A stretch of 64,000 nt of DNA, taken from Gemmatimonadales bacterium. GTDB taxonomy: Bacteria; Gemmatimonadota; Gemmatimonadetes; Gemmatimonadales; GWC2-71-9. The position numbers and the translations under genes are program-made. Shown one piece after another: positions 43,025 through 52,292 of the stretch (position 1 is its first letter; each line of letters begins with the position of its first letter). Location of the stretch: positions 32,001-96,000 of the forward strand of contig JBDIWC010000003.1 in assembly GCA_039794085.1 (NCBI GenBank), written 5' to 3'. The notes under the pieces are model-generated. The model was not told where the DNA came from and did not search any database. It worked only from the letters and a program-made list of their open reading frames with translations.

Positions 43025-43814
43025 CACCCGGCCCGGCCCGGATCGTGTCCAGCAACCAGCGGTGGATGATCGGGTTGCCGGCCACCACGGTGCCGTGCCG
43101 TGGCGTCCTTCCCTGACCCTGCCCATCGGTGACGACGCCCCCCGCCTCCCGGATCAGCAGAAGGCCGGCCGCCATGTCCCAGGGCGCCAGGTGCAGCTCC
43201 CAGAATCCATCGAAGCGTCCCGCCGCCACGTCGGCCAGGTCGAGTGCGGCGGAACCAGCCCGGCGGATCCCGCTCGTGGCCAGGAGGACTGATGCGAACT
43301 GGCGTTGGTAGGCGTCGAGAGCCTCGGGGTTCTTGAAGGGGAATCCCGTCCCGATGAGGGCAAACCGGGGATCCCCGACCCGGGACACCAGCAGGGGATG
43401 ACCGTTTTCCCACGCGCCATGGCCCAGAGCGGCAGTGCATACCCGGTCATCCCCGGGGCGATGAACAACCCCGGCGAGGACCTCGTCTCCGTCCACGGCG
43501 GCGATCGACACGGCCCAGGCGGGATACCGGTGCAGGAAGTTGGTGGTGCCATCCAGCGGATCCACGATCCAGTGCAGGCCCGCCGGGCTCTGGTCCGGGG
43601 AAAGCTCCTCCCCGAGGACCGGGGCGGAGGATCCGGTGGCCAGCTCCTCCCGGATCACGGCTTCGGCCTCCCGGTCCACCTCGGTCACGAAATCGCTTCG
43701 GCCCTTGAGAGTCCAGCGGGCGGGATCGCCGGGAACCGGAACCGTGCGCAGGAAGGCGGCGGCGCGGGCGGCAGCCCGGGTGGCCAAGGCCAGTAAGTTC
43801 AAGGGAGAGTTCAT
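42981..43814 (-). CDS. suhB: Inositol monophosphatase family protein (SuhB)
   Basis: DFVTEVD, LGEE, WIVDPLDGTTNF, RRAGSAALDLA, WDMAAG; start at ATG 43814. Confidence 0.93.
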   Translation of the reverse strand: MNSPLNLLALATRAAARAAAFLRTVPVPGDPARWTLKGRSDFVTEVDREAEAVIREELATGSSAPVLGEELSPDQSPAGLHWIVDPLDGTTNFLHRYPAWAVSIAAVDGDEVLAGVVHRPGDDRVCTAALGHGAWENGHPLLVSRVGDPRFALIGTGFPFKNPEALDAYQRQFASVLLATSGIRRAGSAALDLADVAAGRFDGFWELHLAPWDMAAGLLLIREAGGVVTDGQGQGRTPRHGTVVAGNPIIHRWLLDTIRAGPGATPGGGSGSAAPRR

Positions 43815-43850
43815 CTTGCGGCGATTGTCCCAGGTTGTTAGTTTGATGAG

Positions 43851-44843
43851 ATGCCTCGGATATTCTCGGGAATTCAGCCGACCGGCGACCTGCATATCGG
43901 AAACTGGCTCGGCGCCGTTCAAAACTGGGTCCACCTCCAGGATCAGATGGAGTGCATCTACTGCATCGTGGACCTGCACTCCCTCACGGGGGGCTACGAC
44001 GTGCCCACCATGGCCTCGCGGACCCGGGACATGGCCATCGGTCTTCTCGCGGCCGGGATCGATCCGGAACGCTCCATTCTCTTCGTCCAGTCCCGCGTGG
44101 CTGAGCATTCCGAACTGCAGTGGCTCTTCACGACGTTGACGCCGCTGGGCGAACTGGAGCGCATGACGCAGTTCAAAGATAAGTCGGAACGTCTGGAAAG
44201 TGTGCCGGCCGGTCTCCTCGCCTACCCGATTCTTCAGGCGGCGGACATCCTCCTCTACCGCGCCGATCGGGTGCCGGTGGGGGAGGACCAGCTCCAGCAC
44301 CTTGAGCTGACCCGCGAGATCGCCCGGAAGTGGAACTCGGCGTTTGCGGAGACCGATCCCTTCTTCCCGGAGCCGCAGGCGCTTCTGACGCCCGCGCGGC
44401 GGATCCTGGGACTCGACGGCCAGTCCAAGATGTCGAAGAGTCTGGGCAATACGATCGGACTTCTCGACCCGCCGGACGTCGTGTGGAACAAGCTCCGTCC
44501 CGCCATGACCGATCCGGCCCGGGTCACCCGCCGTGATCCGGGGAATCCGGAGGTGTGCAACATGTTCACTCTGCACCGATCGTTCTCCCCGCCGGACACG
44601 GTGGCGACGGTGGACGCGCAATGCCGGTCCGCGGGATGGGGGTGCCTCGATTGCAAGCGTGTGCTGGCCGACGCGATGGAAACGGCGCTGGGACCGATCC
44701 GGGCCACGGCCGAGGTTCTGAAGGGTGATCCGGCGTCCGTGGACAGGATACTGGAGACGGGCGCGGAGCGGGCCCGGATCCTGGCGCACGAGACGATGGC
44801 CGAGGTACGCGATCGCATGGGTTTCTGGCACCCGGAGGTTTGA
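43851..44843 (+). CDS. trpS: Tryptophan--tRNA ligase
   Basis: FSGIQPTG, HIGN, YPILQAADIL, VPVGEDQ, KMSKS. Confidence 0.98.
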   Translation: MPRIFSGIQPTGDLHIGNWLGAVQNWVHLQDQMECIYCIVDLHSLTGGYDVPTMASRTRDMAIGLLAAGIDPERSILFVQSRVAEHSELQWLFTTLTPLGELERMTQFKDKSERLESVPAGLLAYPILQAADILLYRADRVPVGEDQLQHLELTREIARKWNSAFAETDPFFPEPQALLTPARRILGLDGQSKMSKSLGNTIGLLDPPDVVWNKLRPAMTDPARVTRRDPGNPEVCNMFTLHRSFSPPDTVATVDAQCRSAGWGCLDCKRVLADAMETALGPIRATAEVLKGDPASVDRILETGAERARILAHETMAEVRDRMGFWHPEV

Positions 44844-44844
44844 G

Positions 44845-45945
44845 ATGGCTGGCGCATCGATGGAAAAGATCATCAAGGCGGCCGTGGAACGCGGGGCCTC
44901 GGACCTGCACATCAAGGCGGGAGACGTGTTTCGCGCCCGGATCAACGGGCAGTTGGTCCCCCTGACGAAACAGCGACTGACGCCCGATCAGACCCGGGCC
45001 ATCACCATCCGGCTCCTCGGGTCCGACGAGGCGCGCACGCGTCTGGACCAGCTGCATGACTTCGACTGCAGTTGGGGAATGCCGGGGGTGGGTCGTTTCC
45101 GGGTCAATATCCTCCGGCAGCGCTCCTCCTTCATGATCGTCATGCGGGTGATTCCCTTTTCGGTCCCCACGTTCGACTCGCTCCATCTCCCCCCCTCGCT
45201 GGGACGCCTGGCCGAAGGCGAACGAGGCCTGGTGCTGGTGACCGGGGTGAGCGGGAGCGGAAAGAGCTCGACCATCGCCGCGATGGTGCAACACGTCAAC
45301 CAGAATTCCCAGCGCCACATCGTGACCATCGAGAACCCGATCGAGTTCCTGCACCGGGATCTGCGAAGCTCGGTGACCCAGCGTGAGGTGGGCGTGGACA
45401 CCGAGTCGACCGGGGTGGCCCTGCGGGCGGCCCTGCGTCAGGATCCCGATGTGGTGGTGATCGGGGACCTCCGGGATCCGGCCACGGTGGACATCGCCAT
45501 CAAGGCCGCGGAAACGGGGCACCTCGTTCTGGCGGCCATGCCCACACCGGATGTGCTGACGACGATCGGGCAGATCCTGGCCACCCTGCCGACGGAGGAA
45601 CGGGACATCGGGCGGGTGCGGTTTTCCGAGGCGCTCCGGGCGATCGTGTCGCAACAACTGCTGCCCCGGGCCGATGGGGAGGGGCGCATCGTGGCCACGG
45701 AGGTGCTGATCGGGGGCGGGACCGTGCGGCAGGCCCTGCGGGACCCGGCGCGGATCGTCGACCTTCGGGGGATCATGGAGAATGGCGGGGAGCAGGGGAT
45801 GTGGACCTTCCAGCAATCGGTGGACCAACTGGTGACCGATGGCCTCGTGGACCAGGAAACCGCCGATGCCGTCGCGGGAACCGACGAGGAGGACGCCTCC
45901 GGAGAAACCCGGGAGCCGCGTCGCCGGCGCCGGGGCCGCGGGTGA
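44845..45945 (+). CDS. PilT/PilU-family type IV pilus ATPase with degenerate motifs
   Basis: ASDLHIK, RFRVNI, Walker A GVSGSGKS, TIENPIEF, TQREVG, LRQDPDV; start 44845 or 44860. Confidence 0.9.
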   Translation: MAGASMEKIIKAAVERGASDLHIKAGDVFRARINGQLVPLTKQRLTPDQTRAITIRLLGSDEARTRLDQLHDFDCSWGMPGVGRFRVNILRQRSSFMIVMRVIPFSVPTFDSLHLPPSLGRLAEGERGLVLVTGVSGSGKSSTIAAMVQHVNQNSQRHIVTIENPIEFLHRDLRSSVTQREVGVDTESTGVALRAALRQDPDVVVIGDLRDPATVDIAIKAAETGHLVLAAMPTPDVLTTIGQILATLPTEERDIGRVRFSEALRAIVSQQLLPRADGEGRIVATEVLIGGGTVRQALRDPARIVDLRGIMENGGEQGMWTFQQSVDQLVTDGLVDQETADAVAGTDEEDASGETREPRRRRRGRG

Positions 45946-46044
45946 GGTTGGTGAATTCCCCCGGCCGGGATATCCTTGCCGGGTATGCAGGCTCACGGCT
46001 CCGGAAGCGGAGCCGTTTTCTCGGAAAGGGACCGCGGGGTATCC

Positions 46045-47325
46045 ATGTTTGATCAAGATCTGCGTTGTGTCGTCGTGGTCGGAGCCCAATGGGGAGACGA
46101 GGGGAAGGGGAAGCTCGTCGATGTCCTGGCCGAGCGTGCCGATGTGGTGGTGCGCTACCAGGGCGGAGCCAACGCCGGCCATACGGTGGTCACGGAGGAC
46201 GGCACCTTCGTCCTGCACCAGATCCCCTCCGGGATACTGCACCGCGGGTCGGAATGCCTGGTGGGGAATGGGGTGGTGCTCGATTCCGAGACCTTCTTCG
46301 CCGAACTCGACGCGCTCCATGCCAAGGGAGTCGAGACGGAGGGGCGCCTGTACGTCTCGGACCGGGCCCACCTCGTTCTTCCCCTGCACAAGGTGATGGA
46401 TGCCGCCCGGGAACGGAGCGAGAACATCGGGACCACGGGGCGGGGAATCGGGCCGGCCTATGAGGACAAGACCGGTCGGCGGGGAATCCGGGTGGGGGAT
46501 CTCCGCGATCTCGAGGTGGTGGCTCGTGCCGTGGAGGATCGCGTGGAGCGGGCCAACGCGATCCTCGCCATGCTCGGGGGCACGGACCGGGTATCCGCGG
46601 CGGAGCATGTGGCGCTGCTCGCACGCCTTGCTCCCCGTCTGCTCCCCTTGGCCTGTGACACTGGTCACCGGCTGCATGCCGCCCTGGCCGCTGGCAAGCG
46701 GGTGCTTCTCGAAGGGGCCCAGGGGGCACTCCTCGACATCGATCATGGAACCTATCCCTACGTGACCTCCTCGAACACGACGGCCGGAGGGGCCGCCGTG
46801 GGGGCCGGGATTGGTCCGACGGCGATGGATGGTGTCCTGGGCGTGGTCAAGGCGTACACGACCCGGGTCGGGAATGGGCCCTTGCCGAGCGCCGCCGACG
46901 CGGGGGCGGAGGAGCGCCTGCGCACCCTCGGCGGGGAATTCGGCGCCACGACCGGACGCCCTCGGCGGTGCGGGTGGTTCGACGCGATGGTGGTGGCCTA
47001 CGCGACCCGGGTGAATGGATTGACGGGCCTGGCGGTGACCAAGCTCGACGTGCTCGACACCTTCCCGGAGATCCCGGTGTGCGTGGGGTATAGCCGTCAC
47101 GGGTCGCCCGTCGAGGTGTTCCCGTCGGAGGTCGAGGCGCTGGAGGGAGTGGAGCCGGTCTGGGAAACGCTTCCGGGGTGGCAGGAACCGACCACCGGGG
47201 CCCGGCGCATCGCCGATCTGCCCCGAGCGGCGCGGGCCTATCTGGACCGGATCGAGGCCCTGTCCGGGGCCCCGATCCGCTATGTGAGCGTCGGGACCCA
47301 CCGCGACCAGATCATCGCGGTGTAA
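46045..47325 (+). CDS. purA: Adenylosuccinate synthetase
   Basis: GAQWGDEGKGK, GGANAGHT, EGAQG, GATTGRPRRCGWFD. Confidence 0.98.
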   Translation: MFDQDLRCVVVVGAQWGDEGKGKLVDVLAERADVVVRYQGGANAGHTVVTEDGTFVLHQIPSGILHRGSECLVGNGVVLDSETFFAELDALHAKGVETEGRLYVSDRAHLVLPLHKVMDAARERSENIGTTGRGIGPAYEDKTGRRGIRVGDLRDLEVVARAVEDRVERANAILAMLGGTDRVSAAEHVALLARLAPRLLPLACDTGHRLHAALAAGKRVLLEGAQGALLDIDHGTYPYVTSSNTTAGGAAVGAGIGPTAMDGVLGVVKAYTTRVGNGPLPSAADAGAEERLRTLGGEFGATTGRPRRCGWFDAMVVAYATRVNGLTGLAVTKLDVLDTFPEIPVCVGYSRHGSPVEVFPSEVEALEGVEPVWETLPGWQEPTTGARRIADLPRAARAYLDRIEALSGAPIRYVSVGTHRDQIIAV

Positions 47326-47353
47326 TCCCGACAGGAGGGCACGAGAGTTCGGG

Positions 47354-49156
47354 CTACTGCTGGTAGAGCGTGAACCAGGTGTTGATGTCGAATCCCACCG
47401 GGTCCATGGAGTAGAACCGGTTGCGGGAGAAGTGCCCGGTGGTCGGGAAGTACGGCGGCGGGTCGGTCAGAGCGCAGGTGTTGTAGGAGTAGCGCTTGAC
47501 GTTGCCGGTCCCGGCGGTGGTGCCCACGGGCCCGCGAACCGATTGGATGATCCCCCCCGTGAGACGGAGGCAGCCCCGGCCCCAGTTGGTGGTCTCGCAC
47601 TTCTCCTCCTTCTTCGGACCCGTGGTATGATTCTGGACCCCGAACTGGCCGAGAGCAAGAACCACGGCGTGGATGAATTCATCCTGGTTGCCGGTGGTCC
47701 GCATGGTCTTGTAGGTAGTCCCCGCCACGTTGACCGGTGCGTTGAGCAGGTTGTCCGCCACGGTCACGTTCCCCATGGAAAAGATGCCGACGATGTCGTC
47801 ACAGACCCCGATCGCGGGGTCGCTGGCCTGACGGAGGTTGTCGGCGAGGATGATGTCGTTGGGCGAGGCGATGGTCACCCGTCCGCGCACCGTCCCACTG
47901 ATGGCCACCTTCCCGTTGACGAAGATGACTCCCTTGAAGTTCGGGTTCAGGCCACGGGAGAGGGGGTGCAGGTACGGGGCCTCCAGAGGCCGGAGAGCCG
48001 CCAGCGCCGGGTCGATGGCCCCTCCCCAGGGCAGCCACGCCCCCCGGGAGGTGCTCGGCACGAAGCCGTTGGTGAGCACCGGGTCCCCTCCGAGGTAGCA
48101 TCGGGCGGTGGCATCGTTCAATGAGGCCTGCTTGGCGTGGGTTCCGGGAGGTGCACTGCCCGGAATGGGAGGATTTGGGTGATCGGCGGTGGCGAGGAAG
48201 TCGGGTGCATGGATGCCTTGGGTGTCGCCACAGTTGACGGTGTTGGTGATCGAGCCGGATGGCCGGGCCGCCGTCACGAATCCCTCCTCGCCTGAGGCGC
48301 CTTGATAGATACGGAAGAACCCCTCGTTGTCGTCGGTCACGTCTCCGTCGCCATTCAGATCGATGGCCACGAACTCGATACGGGTCCGCGCGGTCCCGGC
48401 GCCGCCGGTCGTGAAACCCGAGAACGAGGTTCCGCCGAGGCCGGCCTGGGTCTGCAGCTTGTTCATCGCCGCGATGGTGGGCAGGGGGATGATGGGCACG
48501 TTCTCCAGGTACCCCTTGTCGAACGTACCGTTGCCGGGGCTGATCACGCGGCGCGCGGTGCGCACCTCGTCCCGGAAACGGGCACCCGAGCTGTAGATGC
48601 AGATGTCGTCATTGGAATGAACCGGGCCGAAGATCTGGTCGCCTCCGCCAAAACAGATGCCGGTGTTCTCGTTGTCGGTGAAATAGGCGAACTTGGCGAA
48701 GCTCTCCTGATCGATCTCCATCCGGCGCACCATCAGAATGTTGGCGTTGTCGCTCACGGTGCTGATGACGCTGCCGAAGACCCCGAACTGACCGCTGCTG
48801 ACCCCGCTCGGGCCGGCGTAGGTGGTGCGGGAGAGGCCGGGAATCACGTTGCCGGCAGCGTCGAGGACCGCGGCCCCGCTCTCGAGGGTGACGAACCCGG
48901 AATCGGGGTAGAGGAGGGGAGTCCCGTTGAGCTGGCTCCGGCCCTCGTCCAGACCGGACAGGGCGGCGTTTTCCAGGGCGGTCATCCTCTCGCTGTAGCG
49001 ACGGATCATCGTGGAGTTGGTGGTGACCAGCGCTCCCCCGATGATGAGGGCGCTCAGGGCAAGCGACACCAAAAGGACGGTGAAGAGCGCGATCCCCTTC
49101 GTGTCCCGGAGTGAAGGCACGTGTGCCATGGAAGAGTCTCCCGCGTGGTCTGTCAT
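47354..49156 (-). CDS. PilX-like minor pilin / pilus assembly protein, about 600 aa
   Basis: Class III signal TKG|IALFTVLLV lacking Glu5 (PilX trait); GPVHSND; C-terminal GGIIQ...PPPYFP; start 49156 or 49129. Confidence 0.75.
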   Translation of the reverse strand: MTDHAGDSSMAHVPSLRDTKGIALFTVLLVSLALSALIIGGALVTTNSTMIRRYSERMTALENAALSGLDEGRSQLNGTPLLYPDSGFVTLESGAAVLDAAGNVIPGLSRTTYAGPSGVSSGQFGVFGSVISTVSDNANILMVRRMEIDQESFAKFAYFTDNENTGICFGGGDQIFGPVHSNDDICIYSSGARFRDEVRTARRVISPGNGTFDKGYLENVPIIPLPTIAAMNKLQTQAGLGGTSFSGFTTGGAGTARTRIEFVAIDLNGDGDVTDDNEGFFRIYQGASGEEGFVTAARPSGSITNTVNCGDTQGIHAPDFLATADHPNPPIPGSAPPGTHAKQASLNDATARCYLGGDPVLTNGFVPSTSRGAWLPWGGAIDPALAALRPLEAPYLHPLSRGLNPNFKGVIFVNGKVAISGTVRGRVTIASPNDIILADNLRQASDPAIGVCDDIVGIFSMGNVTVADNLLNAPVNVAGTTYKTMRTTGNQDEFIHAVVLALGQFGVQNHTTGPKKEEKCETTNWGRGCLRLTGGIIQSVRGPVGTTAGTGNVKRYSYNTCALTDPPPYFPTTGHFSRNRFYSMDPVGFDINTWFTLYQQ

Positions 49157-50313
49157 GGTATGGACACCACCCCGGACAGGCTCCGGGTGGAAAGGGATGG
49201 GGTGCAGTCCTGGGCCTCGAGGGCGTACTCGTAGTCCGTCCCGGAGACGATGTTGAGATCCGAGAAAAGATAGGACGCGACGCCGCCGGAGGAGAGTGAG
49301 GCGTAGGGATCACCCCAGGCATTGCCCGGGATGCGCCGGTAGATGACGTATCGAATGATGTCCTTCTCCCCCGCGGCCTCGTCGATGGCCGGAGCCCAGG
49401 TGAGATCCACCGAGGGAGTGGGTCCCGGTATGTATGCGGCCACCAGGGGCTGGCCGAGCTGCGGCTGGTCGCCGCAGCTTTGAAGCTTTTTCAACCCCAT
49501 GTTGTGCAGGGGGATGATGGTCTGGATATCGCGGATCCTTTCCGCTGGGCCCGCCCGCCCATTCGTGATGCGGTAGCGCACTTCCACCGCCCGCAGGTTG
49601 TCAATCCGGGCGACCACGCCGGTGTCCGGCAACTGTCCGTGGTTGGGGGCCGTATGCCGGAGAGGATACCAGGACGTGGGAACCGTGTCGAGAGTCGAAT
49701 TCCCCACGGCGGGAATCACCAGGTGGTAGTAGCGCAGAAACGTTCCGGCGGCCGGGAGGAGCACATTGCGGAGCACCGTCTCCTCCCGTTGCCCGTTCAC
49801 GCCGCGAACCAGGAGAAAGTCATCCGGCCGGGCCGTGGTCGAATCGTCCGTGAACCAGTAGGTGACCGTCTCCGCCATGCTCCCCGGGTAGACGGCAAGA
49901 GGATGGGAAAAGGCGGGGGCCGATCCGGGAACCGTCACCGATCCCACCGCCGTGAGGGCGGTGACCTGCCCCGCCGGTGCATTCGGGTCGACGTAGATCG
50001 CCGAGATATCACCCATCAGGTTGGACACCAGGTCGGCGTTGAAGGCGAAGGCGCTGGGGCCGGCATAGACCACCGGCGGTTGGCGAGCCTCGGTGTTGGC
50101 TCCCGCGGTCCGGAGCTCCTCACTCAGGATGTCCACGCCGAACCGCAGATTCTGCACGATCCCCATCTCGTCCGCTCCGCGTGCAAATCCGGACGACTGG
50201 GTGCTCAGGGCCTTGAGTGTTCCCGCCAGGACAACCAGGAAAACCGTCATCGAGACGAGCATCTCCACCAGGGTGAGGCCTCGGCGGTTGCGGACACGGG
50301 AAGAGTTGGTCAT
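49153..50313 (-). CDS. PilW-like minor pilin, with probable C-terminal FN3-like domain
   Basis: Prepilin site RRG|LTLVEMLVSM; ELRTAG; LTW...YVIYRR...FSD...YEYALEA. Confidence 0.8.
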   Translation of the reverse strand: MTNSSRVRNRRGLTLVEMLVSMTVFLVVLAGTLKALSTQSSGFARGADEMGIVQNLRFGVDILSEELRTAGANTEARQPPVVYAGPSAFAFNADLVSNLMGDISAIYVDPNAPAGQVTALTAVGSVTVPGSAPAFSHPLAVYPGSMAETVTYWFTDDSTTARPDDFLLVRGVNGQREETVLRNVLLPAAGTFLRYYHLVIPAVGNSTLDTVPTSWYPLRHTAPNHGQLPDTGVVARIDNLRAVEVRYRITNGRAGPAERIRDIQTIIPLHNMGLKKLQSCGDQPQLGQPLVAAYIPGPTPSVDLTWAPAIDEAAGEKDIIRYVIYRRIPGNAWGDPYASLSSGGVASYLFSDLNIVSGTDYEYALEAQDCTPSLSTRSLSGVVSIP

Positions 50314-50690
50314 GGCGCCGCCACGGAAATGGACCGGGAGACGGGGGCCGGGAGGCCCGGGCCGTCCACCGTCACGGTGATCCGCTTGTAGTCATCGGGT
50401 TGGTTCAGGCCTCCGATGCGCGCGATGGTTGTGGTACGGGTCCACCCCGCCTGCGGGGTATCGGCTTCGACGCCCGCATAGGCGGAGTCGAGGGTGGAAT
50501 ACACGGGCCACTGCCGGGTGAGCGCCAGCTTCTCGTCCGCCGCCTTGGCCGCAATCGTGCGCGACCGGTCATCGGTCACGGTGTGGAGCATTCGGGACGT
50601 GGTGGAGAGAAGCCCCAGCATGACGATCCCGAGCATCGCCACGGCGATGGCGACCTCGATCAGGGTGAATCCGGCGCGCGATCGAACCAT
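50310..50690 (-). CDS. PilV-like minor pilin
   Basis: RAG|FTLIEVAIAVAML; C-terminal KRITVTV. Confidence 0.8.
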   Translation of the reverse strand: MVRSRAGFTLIEVAIAVAMLGIVMLGLLSTTSRMLHTVTDDRSRTIAAKAADEKLALTRQWPVYSTLDSAYAGVEADTPQAGWTRTTTIARIGGLNQPDDYKRITVTVDGPGLPAPVSRSISVAAP

Positions 50691-50692
50691 GG

Positions 50693-51277
50693 TCAGAACC
50701 CCCGGCGCCAGGCGTTGTCGATGTAGCGCATCCACTCGACCCGGCCCGTGGCGCGCACAATGGACACCGCCCGTGTATCCGACTGATTGTTGGGATCACC
50801 GGCCTGGGCCCGGACCGATGTGAGGTAGAATCCCCCCGCAAAATTGGCGCTGCCGTTCCGGTGAAACACCAGGGTGGGGAGTCCCGTCATCCCGACGGGG
50901 AAGTTCACCAGGGCAGCGCCGAAGGGAAGAGCTGGAGCTCCCGCCCTCCCGAAAACGACCTGCGATTCCAGGGGGACGGCTCGCGATCTTTCCCCGGCGT
51001 CCAGGCTGCCGTTGTTGTTCGCGTCGAAGATCATACGGACCGTTCCTCCCGGCTCGTCGAAGGTGACCAGCACGTCGTGCTGCCGGGCGATCCCCTCGCG
51101 TTGGGCGGCCTGAAGGGCCGTGCCCAGGCCGATCATCGCACTTTCGGCCTCGGTCCGGGATACATTGATCCGGGGAAGGGCGATGGTCGTCAGGATCCCG
51201 ATGATGGTGACCGTGACGAGCATCTCCATCAGGGTGAAGCCGTGGGACAATCTGCTGTTGCTCGGCGCTGCGGTCAT
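50693..51277 (-). CDS. FimT/FimU (GspH-like) minor pilin
   Basis: HG|FTLMEMLVTVTIIGIL; FDANNNGSLDAGE; FHRNG; ATGRV; AGGAGGG RBS. Confidence 0.82.
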   Translation of the reverse strand: MTAAPSNSRLSHGFTLMEMLVTVTIIGILTTIALPRINVSRTEAESAMIGLGTALQAAQREGIARQHDVLVTFDEPGGTVRMIFDANNNGSLDAGERSRAVPLESQVVFGRAGAPALPFGAALVNFPVGMTGLPTLVFHRNGSANFAGGFYLTSVRAQAGDPNNQSDTRAVSIVRATGRVEWMRYIDNAWRRGF

Positions 51278-51321
51278 CAGCCCTCCTGGGCCCGTGCGGA
51301 GATATTTCCTCAGTTCCATCC

Positions 51322-51337
51322 AGCAAGCGACGTGCCG
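51322..51337 (-). promoter_or_regulatory. Sigma-54 (-24/-12) promoter of the minor pilin operon
   Basis: Minus strand CGGCACGTCGCTTGCT versus consensus TGGCACGNNNNTTGCW, 45 bp upstream of the ATG. Confidence 0.7.
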
Positions 51338-51566
51338 GGGGTGCCACCGCGTCGGATTGTGTCACCAACGCCTTGGGAGACAGTGACTTGTATCCCCGAG
51401 GAACAACCCGGTTCTTCCCCCCCCCGCTGTAGTGGTGCCGTCGCATTCTGCGGAGGTCGAACAACGGGAATGACAAAGAAGGATACAGCATGACAAATGT
51501 TGCAGTCCGGGGGATAGATACTTGCAAGACGGGAAATCACAGCCTAGTGGCTGGGAGCCGAAATCC

Positions 51567-52292
51567 GTGACTCGAGAAGAATTCGATCACCTGATCCGGG
51601 GCATGATGGCCGACATGCCCGAGGAGTATCTCCATGGGGTCGCCGGGATCGATATTTCTCCCCGGGCCGTTCCCCACCCGGTCCACGCGGGAATCTTCAC
51701 TCTCGGCGAATGCATTCCCTTGCCCGCCACCGACGACTCCCCCGAGGGAATCCAGAGCCGCATCGTGCTCTACCACGGCTCCTTCCGGGCCCTCGCCTCG
51801 ATGCGGGATGACTTTGACTGGAAGGGCGAAGCCTGGGAAACCCTGACCCACGAAATCCGGCACCACCTGGAGTGGAAGGCCCGGGTTCCCGACCTGGAAG
51901 CGTACGATGACGCGTGCGAACAGAACTTCGCCCGGCAGGAAGGGGACCCCTTCGATCCGATGTTCTATCGGGGAGGAGAACGGCTGGCCGAGGGCGTATT
52001 CAAGGTGGAGGAGGACGTGTTCCTTGAACGTCGACTGGTGCGTCTCCCGCCGGAAATCACGGTCGCCTGGCATGGACGGGAGCATCGGGTGCGGATCCCC
52101 CGCGGTCTCTCCCTCCCGCTCTTCCTCTCCCTGGAAGGCCTCGAACCCGACCCTTCCGGGGAGGTTGTCCTGGCCCTCCATCGCCGATCACTTCTCGGCG
52201 CCCTGTTCCGGCCGCGACCCGTCACCCAGGAGGTGGCCGAAGCGATCCCCGAGGGCCTATCTTCCGGGCAGAGGACAGAGGAGGAGACCTGA
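51567..52292 (+). CDS. Minimal zincin-like metallopeptidase family protein with C-terminal extension
   Basis: TREEFDHL..., TLGEC, RIVLYHGSF, ETLTHEIRHHLE (HExxH); GTG start approximate. Confidence 0.8.
   Translation: MTREEFDHLIRGMMADMPEEYLHGVAGIDISPRAVPHPVHAGIFTLGECIPLPATDDSPEGIQSRIVLYHGSFRALASMRDDFDWKGEAWETLTHEIRHHLEWKARVPDLEAYDDACEQNFARQEGDPFDPMFYRGGERLAEGVFKVEEDVFLERRLVRLPPEITVAWHGREHRVRIPRGLSLPLFLSLEGLEPDPSGEVVLALHRRSLLGALFRPRPVTQEVAEAIPEGLSSGQRTEEET

Noticed and set aside
43815..44945. 654-aa extended SuhB ORF
   Set aside because: Upstream part is antisense to trpS; IMPase homology begins at 43814
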